Below, piece by piece: positions 11,471 through 20,020 of a stretch of 64,000 nucleotides of DNA. A model generated the notes under the pieces. That model did not search any database. It had not been told where the DNA came from and was given only the letters and a program-made list of their open reading frames with translations. Position numbers and translations under genes: made by a program. Source of the stretch: an uncultured Myxococcales bacterium (GTDB taxonomy: Bacteria > Myxococcota_A > UBA9042 > CAZBRS01); contig CAZBRS010000003.1 of NCBI GenBank assembly GCA_964494475.1, positions 3,035 to 67,034 on the forward strand, read 5' to 3'. Each line of letters begins with the position of its first letter. Within the stretch, counting starts at the first letter, position 1.

Positions 11471-14400
11471 ATGAAGCGCCTCGTCCTCCTTGGCGTGCTC
11501 GCGGTGGCCTGGGCCTGTGGCGGCGCGGGGGGCGAGTCCTCCGCCACCGACGTGCCCGACGCGCACGAGGCGATCGACGCGCAGCACGAGGAGGCGCCCG
11601 ACGACGCCGACGACGACCTCCAGAAGGACGGCGACGACATCCCGCCCGAGGTCGCGCCCGAGGTCGAACCCGAGGCCGCCGCCGAGGTCGAGCCCGACGT
11701 CGCCGTCGAGGTCACTCCAGAAGCCACTCCCGAGGTCACTCCCGAGGTCACTCCCGAAATCGAGCCCGAGTGCGCGACCGACGCCGACTGCGAAGACCGG
11801 GGGCTCGAGGCCGCCGCTTGCGAGCACGCGGTCTGCGCCGGGGGCACGTGCCAGGTCGCGGACCTCCCCGACGGGGCGGCGTGCGACGACGGCAACCTCT
11901 GTACCACCGACGACCACTGCGAAGACGGCGACTGCGTGCCCGGCGGCGGCGAGCCCTGCTACCCGGTGGGCGACTGCCAGGTGAGCGCCGCGTGCGACCC
12001 GGCCACCGGCGCGTGCGTCGCCGTGAACGCGGCCGACGGCGCGCCCTGCGACGACCACGACGCCTGCACCAGGGACGAGGCCTGCCTGGCCGGCGCGTGC
12101 GCGGGGGGCGTGCCAGCCGTGGCGTGCGAGGCGCCCGAGCCCTGCCACGAGCCCGGCATTTGCGAACCGGCCACGGGCGCGTGCTCCTACGCGCAGAAGC
12201 CCGACGAGACCCCCTGCGACGACGGCGACGCGTGCACCGCGATCGATACCTGCGAGGCCGGCGCCTGCCTGGGGACGAGCCCCAAGCCCTGCTATCCCGT
12301 GGGCGACTGCCAGGTGGGCGCGGCGTGCGACCCCGCCACGGGCGCCTGCACGCCGGTGCTGGCCGACGACGGCGCTCCCTGCGACGACGGCGACGCTTGC
12401 ACGCTCACCGACACCTGCCTGCAGGGCGCGTGCGCCAGCGGTACGTTGCTCACGTGCGACCCCGCCCCCGCATGCCGCCAGCCCGGGGTGTGCGACCCGG
12501 GCACGGGCAACTGCGCCTACGCTCCCGTCGACGACGGCAGCGCGTGCGACGACGGCAACGCGTTGAACGGCGCCGACGCCTGCTCGGCGGGGGGTTGCGT
12601 GGGCGCGCCCTGCACCTGCGCGGGCGAGAACGTGTGCTGCAACGGCTGCCTGCCCATCACCGAGCACCAGGCGTGGCTCTGCGACGACGGCGACGCCTGC
12701 ACCGCATGGGACACCTGCGACCACGGCGCGTGCGTGGGCGACTACCCCGTGTTGTGCGAGCCCCCGGCCCCCTGCCACGCCGCGGGCGTGTGCGACCCGG
12801 CCACCGGAGCGTGCGGCTACGCGCCCCTCGACGACGGCGCGAGCTGCACCGACGGCGACCCCTGCAGCGACGGCGACGCCTGCCTGGGAGGTGCCTGCAC
12901 GCCGGCCTCGACGCGCGATTGCGCCGACGCCAACCCCTGCACGGTCGACACCTGCTCGGCCACCGACTGCGTGCACACGCCGGTGCCGGGCTGCGTGCCC
13001 GAATTCGACTGCACGAACGACGGCGACGACAACGACAACGGCCTCATCGACTGCGACGACCCGCACTGCGCCGCCGACCCGGCCTGCACCGAGCGGCCGG
13101 CCGGCGACGTGTGCCGCACGGCCCACCTCGTGAACGACGGCGCACCGGTGACCGCCGCCCTGGCGGGGCAGATGCTCGCCTACGCCGGCGACACCACCGG
13201 CCTGACCAACGACTACGCGTGCGTGGGCGACCTGGGCGCGCCCGACGACACGTGGGCGCTGACGCTGGCCGCGCCGCTGGTCGTGACCGTCACGCTCGAC
13301 TTCGCGGGCGAGCCCGGCGCGCACCCGTGGGGCGTGGTGTCGCTCTACCCTGACCGGTGCTGGCCCCTCGACGTGCTGGCGTGCGAGGCCGGAGACCTGG
13401 GGGCCGAGGACGAGTCCACCTTCACGCGCGGCCTGCCACCGGGCCGCTACTACGTGGTGGTCGACGGCCTGGCCCTCGACGACGGCGACGTCGGGGCCTA
13501 CGCCCTCACGTTCGCGTTCGCGGCGCCGCCCGCGATCGAGACGGTCTGCGACGACGGCCTCGACGACGACCTGAACGGCGCCACCGACTGCTTCGACCCC
13601 GCCTGCAACGGCGCCCCGGCGTGCGACGACTGCCCCATCGTGAAGGAGCTCGCCTGCGGCGACACCGTGACGGGGCAATTGGTGAGCCCCGCGGACCGCC
13701 AGCACTACCTCTTCACGACGCCGACGGCCACCGACGTCGCCTTCACCATGGCCGTGCCGCCGGCCTACAAGGACCAGCTGAACCTGAACTTCCTCGAACA
13801 CACGGCCGGCACGTCGTGCGACAACCTGTACAGCGTGGGCGGCGTCACGATCTGGCACACGTCGTCGCCGCGCGCCACCGGCTTCCGGACCAAGGCCGGC
13901 GAGACCTACCTCGCCCGCGCCCACATCAGCGAGAGCACGTGGCTGACGGGCGAGTACGCCTTCACGTTCACCTGCAACACCGAGCCCGAGTCGGCCTGCG
14001 CGGACCACGCCGACAACGACGCCGACTCGCTGGCCGACTGCGAGGACCCCGACTGCTTCGCCGACCCGGCCTGCACGGGCGGGGCCACGGGCGAGACGTG
14101 CGCCGATCCCTTCGTCGTGAACGCCGGGGCCGCGCTGACCCTGGCCGACGTGGGCGACGGGCGCTCCTTCCTGCTGTACAACACCACCGCCGGCAAGACC
14201 GACCACCTCGACGCGGCCTGCCTGCCGCCCTCGAGCACCGGCCCCGACCTGGTGGTGCGCTTCACCCTGGCCGACACCCTCGAGGTCTCGGCCTTCGTCG
14301 AGCAGGGCGCCCTGGCCGACCCCTGGGGAGCGCCCGGTGTCTACGTGTTCGGCGCCGAGTGCGTGCCCGCCGCGCTCGAGGGGTGCGGCGAGTCGTACCT

Positions 14401-15076
14401 CTTCTTCGACTTCGGCTTCGCGGCCTGGGGCTCGGTGCTGCCGCCCGGCACCTACCACGCGGTGGTCGACTCGGGGGCCACGGGCCTGGACGGCAAGCCC
14501 GACGCGGGCGCCTGGGCGCTCGACCTGTGGTTCGGGCCGCCACCGAATCCGGAGATCTGCGGCAACGGCCTCGACGACGAGGGCGACGACCGGGTCGACT
14601 GCCGCGACCCCGAGTGCTTCGACCACGCGTCGTGCACGGGCGGCCACGCGGGCGAGGACTGCGCCGATCCGCTGCCGCTGAAGGCCGGAGCGCTCGTGCC
14701 CGGCGACACGCTCACCGCCTGGAACACCACGCTCGGGCGCGCCGACGACCTGGCGGGCTCGTGCTCCACCTTCACGAACCAGTGCCCGGACACCACCCAC
14801 GGCTTCACCCTGGCCTCCGAGGCCGTGGTCACCGCTACGGTCACCTTCGAGAACGGCTTCTCGCCCGCGCTCGTCCTCTTCCCGGCCTCCGCGTGCACGA
14901 CGGCCGCCGAGTTGGCCTGCGACCGGCAGGGGGAGCCCACCGCCACCGTCACGAAGACCCTGGCGGCGGGGGCCTACGTGCTCTCCGTCGACGGGGGCGA
15001 CAGCTTGACCGGCTGGTTGGACGGTCCCCCGGCGGCCTCGACGTACCGCCTCGAGGTCTCGGTCGCGGCGCCGTAG
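11471..15076 (+). CDS. Large Cys-rich surface lipoprotein: acidic PEV linker, CDDGxxCT repeats, four beta-sandwich (PPC-like) modules separated by CxDGxDxDxxGxxDCxDPxC motifs
   Basis: Lipobox LAVAWA-C; repeats visible in the translation; strong GC3 bias. Confidence 0.85.
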   Translation: MKRLVLLGVLAVAWACGGAGGESSATDVPDAHEAIDAQHEEAPDDADDDLQKDGDDIPPEVAPEVEPEAAAEVEPDVAVEVTPEATPEVTPEVTPEIEPECATDADCEDRGLEAAACEHAVCAGGTCQVADLPDGAACDDGNLCTTDDHCEDGDCVPGGGEPCYPVGDCQVSAACDPATGACVAVNAADGAPCDDHDACTRDEACLAGACAGGVPAVACEAPEPCHEPGICEPATGACSYAQKPDETPCDDGDACTAIDTCEAGACLGTSPKPCYPVGDCQVGAACDPATGACTPVLADDGAPCDDGDACTLTDTCLQGACASGTLLTCDPAPACRQPGVCDPGTGNCAYAPVDDGSACDDGNALNGADACSAGGCVGAPCTCAGENVCCNGCLPITEHQAWLCDDGDACTAWDTCDHGACVGDYPVLCEPPAPCHAAGVCDPATGACGYAPLDDGASCTDGDPCSDGDACLGGACTPASTRDCADANPCTVDTCSATDCVHTPVPGCVPEFDCTNDGDDNDNGLIDCDDPHCAADPACTERPAGDVCRTAHLVNDGAPVTAALAGQMLAYAGDTTGLTNDYACVGDLGAPDDTWALTLAAPLVVTVTLDFAGEPGAHPWGVVSLYPDRCWPLDVLACEAGDLGAEDESTFTRGLPPGRYYVVVDGLALDDGDVGAYALTFAFAAPPAIETVCDDGLDDDLNGATDCFDPACNGAPACDDCPIVKELACGDTVTGQLVSPADRQHYLFTTPTATDVAFTMAVPPAYKDQLNLNFLEHTAGTSCDNLYSVGGVTIWHTSSPRATGFRTKAGETYLARAHISESTWLTGEYAFTFTCNTEPESACADHADNDADSLADCEDPDCFADPACTGGATGETCADPFVVNAGAALTLADVGDGRSFLLYNTTAGKTDHLDAACLPPSSTGPDLVVRFTLADTLEVSAFVEQGALADPWGAPGVYVFGAECVPAALEGCGESYLFFDFGFAAWGSVLPPGTYHAVVDSGATGLDGKPDAGAWALDLWFGPPPNPEICGNGLDDEGDDRVDCRDPECFDHASCTGGHAGEDCADPLPLKAGALVPGDTLTAWNTTLGRADDLAGSCSTFTNQCPDTTHGFTLASEAVVTATVTFENGFSPALVLFPASACTTAAELACDRQGEPTATVTKTLAAGAYVLSVDGGDSLTGWLDGPPAASTYRLEVSVAAP
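11725..11760 (+). repeat. 12-bp tandem repeat x3 encoding TPEV
   Basis: CACTCCCGAGGT CACTCCCGAGGT CACTCCCGAAAT, with degenerate copies upstream. Confidence 0.8.
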
Positions 15077-15115
15077 CCGCCCCAGCAAGGCAGGGGGCTG
15101 GCCGTGCCTTTCTTC

Positions 15116-15170
15116 GGCGTTGAACTGCTCGAGTCGGCCTTCTATACTCGGGGCGACCCGGATGGTGGAC
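15116..15170 (+). repeat. 55-bp direct repeat, copy 1, containing a sigma70 promoter
   Basis: GGCGTTGAACTGCTCGAGTCGGCCTTCTATACTCGGGGCGACCCGGATGGTGGAC; TTGAAC-N17-TATACT; 46/55 ungapped identity with 17061-17115. Confidence 0.8.
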
Positions 15171-15271
15171 CGTACGTGATGCGCACCCCCGCCCCCGCGA
15201 ACGATCCACGCTGCGTCTTCGCGTTGGCGTCGGCACACCCGAGCCGCGTCACCGTATCCCAAGCCACCTAG

Positions 15272-17020
15272 ATGTCCAGCTCGACGCAACTGCTGCTTGT
15301 CATATCGGCAACATCGTTCGCATTTACGATCGCTCTGTACAATCGAATCATAACTCATATTTTTCTTGCCATCATCGTGCTGCTGGGGGCCTATCTGCGA
15401 CTTGTTGAAATGTCATTACTTCCAGGAGGCTGGGCCGAGATGCAGGCCGTCGGCCACGCTGCTGCCGACAAGTACATTGACATCTTCCACCCTCCGGCAA
15501 ATGCAGTTATTGTTTATCTTGTTACACTCACTGAGCGATTAATTGGAGCAGATATTACTTTATTTGCACTGCGCGCGCCGAATATGATTCTGTATTTAGC
15601 GTACGTGCGTGCAATATATATTTTACTGAGCAACAACAAGGCCCTTGCGGTATTGATCGTAGCGTACGCCGCAATTAGTCCTTCTATGATATTTTTGGAT
15701 TCAATAAGATGCAATTATGTAATTGAAATTACGGCAATACTATGGTCTATTGTATTTTATATGCGCTACGCGCAAAGCAAAAGCACTTGTCATGCAATTA
15801 TGTTTGCATTTATGACGGGCATCACTGTATTTTCTGGCTATTTTATTGGTCCTCCACTTGCAGCGCTAGCATTGATAGTTTTTGTCACCATGCTTAGAGC
15901 CAAAAAGTATTTTTCTGTGGCGATTTTTGCGCTTATTATTATCGTTTTTGTGGCTCCGCTGTTATCAAAGATTATACATGGCGTACCTGATGCCTCAAAC
16001 GAACTGACGGGGTATAGCGCAAGGGAAATCCCGAATGTTTTCATAACAATCGTGCAGCAGGCATCGTCGTCGAATGTGATATTATTTGCATTATTATTAG
16101 TCGGAAGCGTGTATTCTACCCTGCGGGCCAAGGCATTAGGCGCTATAATGATAATTTTTATTGCGTACGTTATTTTCATTGGCTTGTTCATGTCGGTCAC
16201 CTGGAACAGCCTGGGGCTTGCTCGCCTGTTTCTCGCGGCGCTCGGCTTGACCGGGCTGCATGGCGTGACCGTCCTGGTCGCATCGGCGGCATCCCGTTGG
16301 CGGCGCGCCGCGACGACGAGCAGGGGGGCAGAGTTCGTGGGGCGCTTCGTGGCGACCACGTGGCTGACCGCCTTCCTCGGTGTGACCATCGCCGACCCCG
16401 GGAAAGCCTGGCCCCAAGAACTGCGTCCCGACGTGGTCACGCAGTTCGGAGGGAGCGAAGCAACCGCACGCCGACTTCCCGAACCGTGCGCGCTTCACCC
16501 CTGGCAGGTTGGCGCGCGTCTCTATCCGATCTTCCTGAACAACACGGAGTGCACCCTGCGGTCGCTCGCGGCGGACGCGCTGCTGCGTTCGGGGGCCGTC
16601 GTCGTAGCGCCGATTGGCGCTGCATACAATCTCGACACCAATGCTCCGTTGACGATTTACCGCGGCTTCGGCTCGAGCATAAGGTCATACGACAAGAGCG
16701 TAACGCGCACCTCATGCGCATCAAGCAATGGGATTTTTCCAAACACGCTCGACAGCTGTTGCCATTCGAACGTAATAACATTAGAACATGTTTGCACTTT
16801 AAATTCTTGTGATATAATGGATTTCGAATTTGTTTTTAGAACAATCGGTTCCCGACAGGTCAGCGTCATCGTCCTCGAGACCACGATGCGGTACGAGGCG
16901 CGCTGTGGCCAGGCGTTGGCGATGCTCTACGAAAGCTGCACCGTCGGCGACTCCTACGTGACCGACCTTCGGTCGGATCGCGCCGTGCGCGTCAGTTCGT
17001 TCGAGTGCACGTTCGACTGA
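15272..17020 (+). CDS. Polytopic membrane protein, probable GT-C (PMT/ArnT-like) glycosyltransferase, highly diverged with AT-rich patches
   Basis: About 10-11 hydrophobic segments; LGAYLRL, HPP, ALRAPN, AISPSMIFLDSIRCNY resemble GT39/PMT_2 loops; Cys-containing C-terminal soluble domain. Confidence 0.55.
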   Translation: MSSSTQLLLVISATSFAFTIALYNRIITHIFLAIIVLLGAYLRLVEMSLLPGGWAEMQAVGHAAADKYIDIFHPPANAVIVYLVTLTERLIGADITLFALRAPNMILYLAYVRAIYILLSNNKALAVLIVAYAAISPSMIFLDSIRCNYVIEITAILWSIVFYMRYAQSKSTCHAIMFAFMTGITVFSGYFIGPPLAALALIVFVTMLRAKKYFSVAIFALIIIVFVAPLLSKIIHGVPDASNELTGYSAREIPNVFITIVQQASSSNVILFALLLVGSVYSTLRAKALGAIMIIFIAYVIFIGLFMSVTWNSLGLARLFLAALGLTGLHGVTVLVASAASRWRRAATTSRGAEFVGRFVATTWLTAFLGVTIADPGKAWPQELRPDVVTQFGGSEATARRLPEPCALHPWQVGARLYPIFLNNTECTLRSLAADALLRSGAVVVAPIGAAYNLDTNAPLTIYRGFGSSIRSYDKSVTRTSCASSNGIFPNTLDSCCHSNVITLEHVCTLNSCDIMDFEFVFRTIGSRQVSVIVLETTMRYEARCGQALAMLYESCTVGDSYVTDLRSDRAVRVSSFECTFD

Positions 17021-17060
17021 GCGGTCACGCACCCCAAGAGGTCTGGCAAGGCCCGACTCG

Positions 17061-17115
17061 GGCGTTGAACTGCGGGATTCGGCCCGCTACACTCCGGTCA
17101 ACCCGGATGGTGGAC
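17061..17115 (+). repeat. 55-bp direct repeat, copy 2, containing a sigma70 promoter
   Basis: GGCGTTGAACTGCGGGATTCGGCCCGCTACACTCCGGTCAACCCGGATGGTGGAC; TTGAAC-N17-TACACT. Confidence 0.8.
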
Positions 17116-17144
17116 AGTGCACGTCATCGCCGCGGACCTGTAGC

Positions 17145-18446
17145 ATGCGCAAATTGGCTTGGGCAATCGCCTACGCGGCCTACCTGCTGGTCACGACCGC
17201 CGGCCTGCTCGAGCTCGCGTGCCGCGCCCTCGACCTCGATGTCCGCCTGCTGCTGCCGACCCTGTACTACGAGGTCTCCAACCCTCGCATCCAGCGCCTG
17301 TCCGACGACCCCGAGCTCGTCTTCGAGCTGGTGCCCGGCGAGGAGCTTCTGTTCCGCTCGGCCGAAAAGATCGACACGGTACGCGTCAACGCCTTCGGGC
17401 TGCGCGACTACAAGCAACGCACCCGCGAGAAGAACGGACGGTTCCGCATCGTGTGCCTGGGCGGCTCGAACACGTTCGGCGCCGCGGTGGGCGACGACCA
17501 GACGTGGCCAGCCCAACTCGAGAAGCGCCTCGAAGGGCTCGCACCAGGAAGGTTCGAAGTCTGGAACGGCGGCAACCTGGCGTACGTCGACTCACAGAAC
17601 GTGGCCCTGGCTCGGCGGCTGCTGGCCGGGTTCGAGCCCGACCTCTTCCTCTTCCAGCGCGGGAACCGCGGTCGGCCGGCGTTCCCGGCCGGGCACGACC
17701 TCGTACCGGCGTTCCGCAGGTTTCCGCAGTACTTCTATCGCAACTACGTCTTCTACCCGTGCGAACACGACGCCTGCCGCCGGTTCGCCGACAGATCAGC
17801 GCTGGCGCGCACGCTCATCGCGGTGGCCAACCGACTGGCGGCAACGGCAAAGGGCGTGCGCGCCAACCTCCCGGGCGATACGCGTGACCCCCATTGCTTC
17901 GAGCGCAACACCCAGGGCCTCGAGCGCTTCTTCCACGAAGTGCGGGGGCGCGTCCCCATGGCGCTGATGCCACTGCCGACGGGCTGGCCCGATGACATCG
18001 CCTACCTGGAGAAGGCGGGTCTCCCCGTCCTGCACGGGCTGCACCCGTCGGCGGTGCCCGCGGGGTCAGGTCGCGAGTACTTCGACATGCACCCCCCGGC
18101 CCACGTGTACGCGTGGTACGTCGAGGCGCTGCTGCAGGATCTCACCGGAGCGGGGCTGTTGCCCCTGCCGCATGGAGGAAACACAGGAGACCCCGTGGGG
18201 CGCGAAGGGCCGAACTACGAGCGAGCGGTGGCCAGCCTGGGCGGCCAGCCCTCACCCCCCCGAAGCCCGGTCATCGCGAACGAGGTGGGTAGCCAGGGGA
18301 GCGCCTTCGCACCAACTCACGCGAAGGAGGGGTCTGCACCTCGGCACGGAACCTTCCTCTCCCATGCGGACGGAAACGTCGTCGCGTCCTGCGAACCAAC
18401 GCACGGCAGCGCCTTGTTCGGAGAACACGTACAGCTTTCTGAGTAG
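17145..18446 (+). CDS. Membrane-anchored SGNH/GDSL hydrolase family protein
   Basis: N-terminal TM ending LELACR, NAFGLRD, block I RIVCLGGSNTFG, EVWNGG, GN, DMHP (DxH); C-terminal tail overlaps the convergent gene. Confidence 0.75.
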   Translation: MRKLAWAIAYAAYLLVTTAGLLELACRALDLDVRLLLPTLYYEVSNPRIQRLSDDPELVFELVPGEELLFRSAEKIDTVRVNAFGLRDYKQRTREKNGRFRIVCLGGSNTFGAAVGDDQTWPAQLEKRLEGLAPGRFEVWNGGNLAYVDSQNVALARRLLAGFEPDLFLFQRGNRGRPAFPAGHDLVPAFRRFPQYFYRNYVFYPCEHDACRRFADRSALARTLIAVANRLAATAKGVRANLPGDTRDPHCFERNTQGLERFFHEVRGRVPMALMPLPTGWPDDIAYLEKAGLPVLHGLHPSAVPAGSGREYFDMHPPAHVYAWYVEALLQDLTGAGLLPLPHGGNTGDPVGREGPNYERAVASLGGQPSPPRSPVIANEVGSQGSAFAPTHAKEGSAPRHGTFLSHADGNVVASCEPTHGSALFGEHVQLSE

Positions 18447-19889
18447 CTCGGCCGACCGGAGGGCGACCTCGGGATCGGCGCACGCGACCGAGACGACAAC
18501 GGCGCAGGGTGGCTCGGGACTGGCCTTGATGGCGTTCGCGACCTCGCGTGACCAGGCTTCGACCTGGTTGTAGGCCGCCGTGTCGACGGACGCGCCCGGC
18601 CCCTCGGCGTGGACGCGCTGAAGCCCCTGCACGGGCAGCAGCAGCCAGGCTGCGATCGCCGTGACCAGCACCCGGGAGCGGTGCGGCGGGGCGACGATGC
18701 ACGACAACAGCGCGATCATCGTGGCCAACCACGGGAAGGACGTCGTCAGGTAGTAATCGTTGAACTCCCCCGTCTTGGCGAGCGCCGGCGCCGCGGCCAC
18801 GCAGGCCAGCACCAGCGCCCCCACCAGCCGTCGGCGGACTCCGGGTCCGGTGGCGCGGCGCATCGTGGCGACCGCGACCTCGCGCGCTCCTTCCTGCAAC
18901 GCCGCTCCTGCCGAGGGCTCGCGACCCCGGTCGTCGCGGTGGGCGCGGATCCGCGAGGAGGCGACCGACAACGCGTACGCCAACAGCAAGCCGAGGCACG
19001 CCATCATGGGCAGAAGCGCGCGCCACGCGACGACCAGCAGCCTCTCGATGTTGGCGCCCACCTGGAGCGGTCCCGATGCTTTCTCGAACTCCAACGCGGC
19101 GGCCAGGGGAGCCCGACACAACGCCACCTGGCTGGCCTGCGCCACGACGGCCAGCACCAGCCAGGCCCAAGGGCCTCGACCCCGCATGCCGAGCACGAAC
19201 CGCGCCCACAGCCACCCGGATAGCGGCACCACGAACATGGGAGGCGCCTTGGTCCGTACCGCCAGCGCTGCCAATCCCACCGCCACCAGCAGCCATCCCC
19301 TGCTGGCACGCCGTTCGCCCGTCTCGTCGCACCTGTGGGCGAGCCCCAGCGCCCACAACGGTGCCAGCGACGCCGGAACGGCCGCCAGCCATTGAAAACC
19401 GACGCCCCAGCGCGCCAGCATCACGTAGCCGGGGTTCAGGAGTGACAGCCCCGCAGCCAGCGCGGCAACGCGGGCCCCGATGCCGGCGACGCGGAGCACC
19501 GCGAACAGCACGGCGACGCCCGATAGGATGGCGATGCCGTTCAAGCTTGCGAAGACCCAGGTCGCGCCGTCCGCGAGGCAACCCAGAGCGAAGGGAAGTT
19601 GAACCCCCAGCCAGCGCAGGTCGTCGACGGGACGCGCGTGCCAACAGGCACCCATCAGCGTGGGATAGTCGTCGTGCACGAAGCGGAAGGCCGAGAGCAG
19701 CCCCGCCAGGAACACGCCCCCCGCAAGCCACGCCGCTGCAACCAACGACCAGGGCGCCCCCGGCGCCTCGAACCCTTGCGTGAAGACCGGGTGTGGCCCC
19801 GGACGGCGGCTCCGGATCGCCACGATCCCCGCGGCCACGATCCCCGCGGCCAGCGCCAAGCCCGCGTCCATGCGTAGAAGAGCTTTCAA
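18252..19889 (-). CDS. Polytopic membrane protein, possible GT-C-type glycosyltransferase
   Basis: Many TM segments; FRFVHDDY acidic first-loop motif; RTK and DYYL motifs; alternative start ATG 19871. Confidence 0.5.
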   Translation of the reverse strand: MKALLRMDAGLALAAGIVAAGIVAIRSRRPGPHPVFTQGFEAPGAPWSLVAAAWLAGGVFLAGLLSAFRFVHDDYPTLMGACWHARPVDDLRWLGVQLPFALGCLADGATWVFASLNGIAILSGVAVLFAVLRVAGIGARVAALAAGLSLLNPGYVMLARWGVGFQWLAAVPASLAPLWALGLAHRCDETGERRASRGWLLVAVGLAALAVRTKAPPMFVVPLSGWLWARFVLGMRGRGPWAWLVLAVVAQASQVALCRAPLAAALEFEKASGPLQVGANIERLLVVAWRALLPMMACLGLLLAYALSVASSRIRAHRDDRGREPSAGAALQEGAREVAVATMRRATGPGVRRRLVGALVLACVAAAPALAKTGEFNDYYLTTSFPWLATMIALLSCIVAPPHRSRVLVTAIAAWLLLPVQGLQRVHAEGPGASVDTAAYNQVEAWSREVANAIKASPEPPCAVVVSVACADPEVALRSAELLRKLYVFSEQGAAVRWFAGRDDVSVRMGEEGSVPRCRPLLRVSWCEGAPLATHLVRDDRASGG

Positions 19890-19912
19890 CGGGGTTTCGT
19901 GCCGTGCGCGCG

Positions 19913-19941
19913 AGTATGGCCGACCGTACCGACCCGGTCAA
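19913..19941 (-). promoter_or_regulatory. Putative sigma70 promoter
   Basis: TTGACC-N17-CATACT; overlapped by the inverted repeat GGCCGACC/GGTCGGCC. Confidence 0.4.
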
Positions 19942-20020
19942 GGTCGGCCTCGGCTGCAGGAGCGGGACCGAAGACAGGTCGGGCCCTGGGACCAACCCTG
20001 CCCGGCGTCGGGCGCGGGAG

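Noticed and set aside
15088-15114. Intrinsic terminator after the 1201-aa gene (AAGGCA...TGCCTTTCTT)
   Set aside because: Short stem, long loop and weak U-tract; not enough support to call
15290-16850. Diversity-generating retroelement target
   Set aside because: No reverse transcriptase or template/variable repeat pair is visible, and the region is A/T-enriched, the opposite of adenine-specific mutagenesis
17005-17967. 320-aa alternative-frame ORF containing the repeat's ATG (MVDSARH...)
   Set aside because: It overlaps the SGNH gene out of frame with S/T/R/P-rich shadow composition, and the equivalent ATG in copy 1 stops after 5 codons
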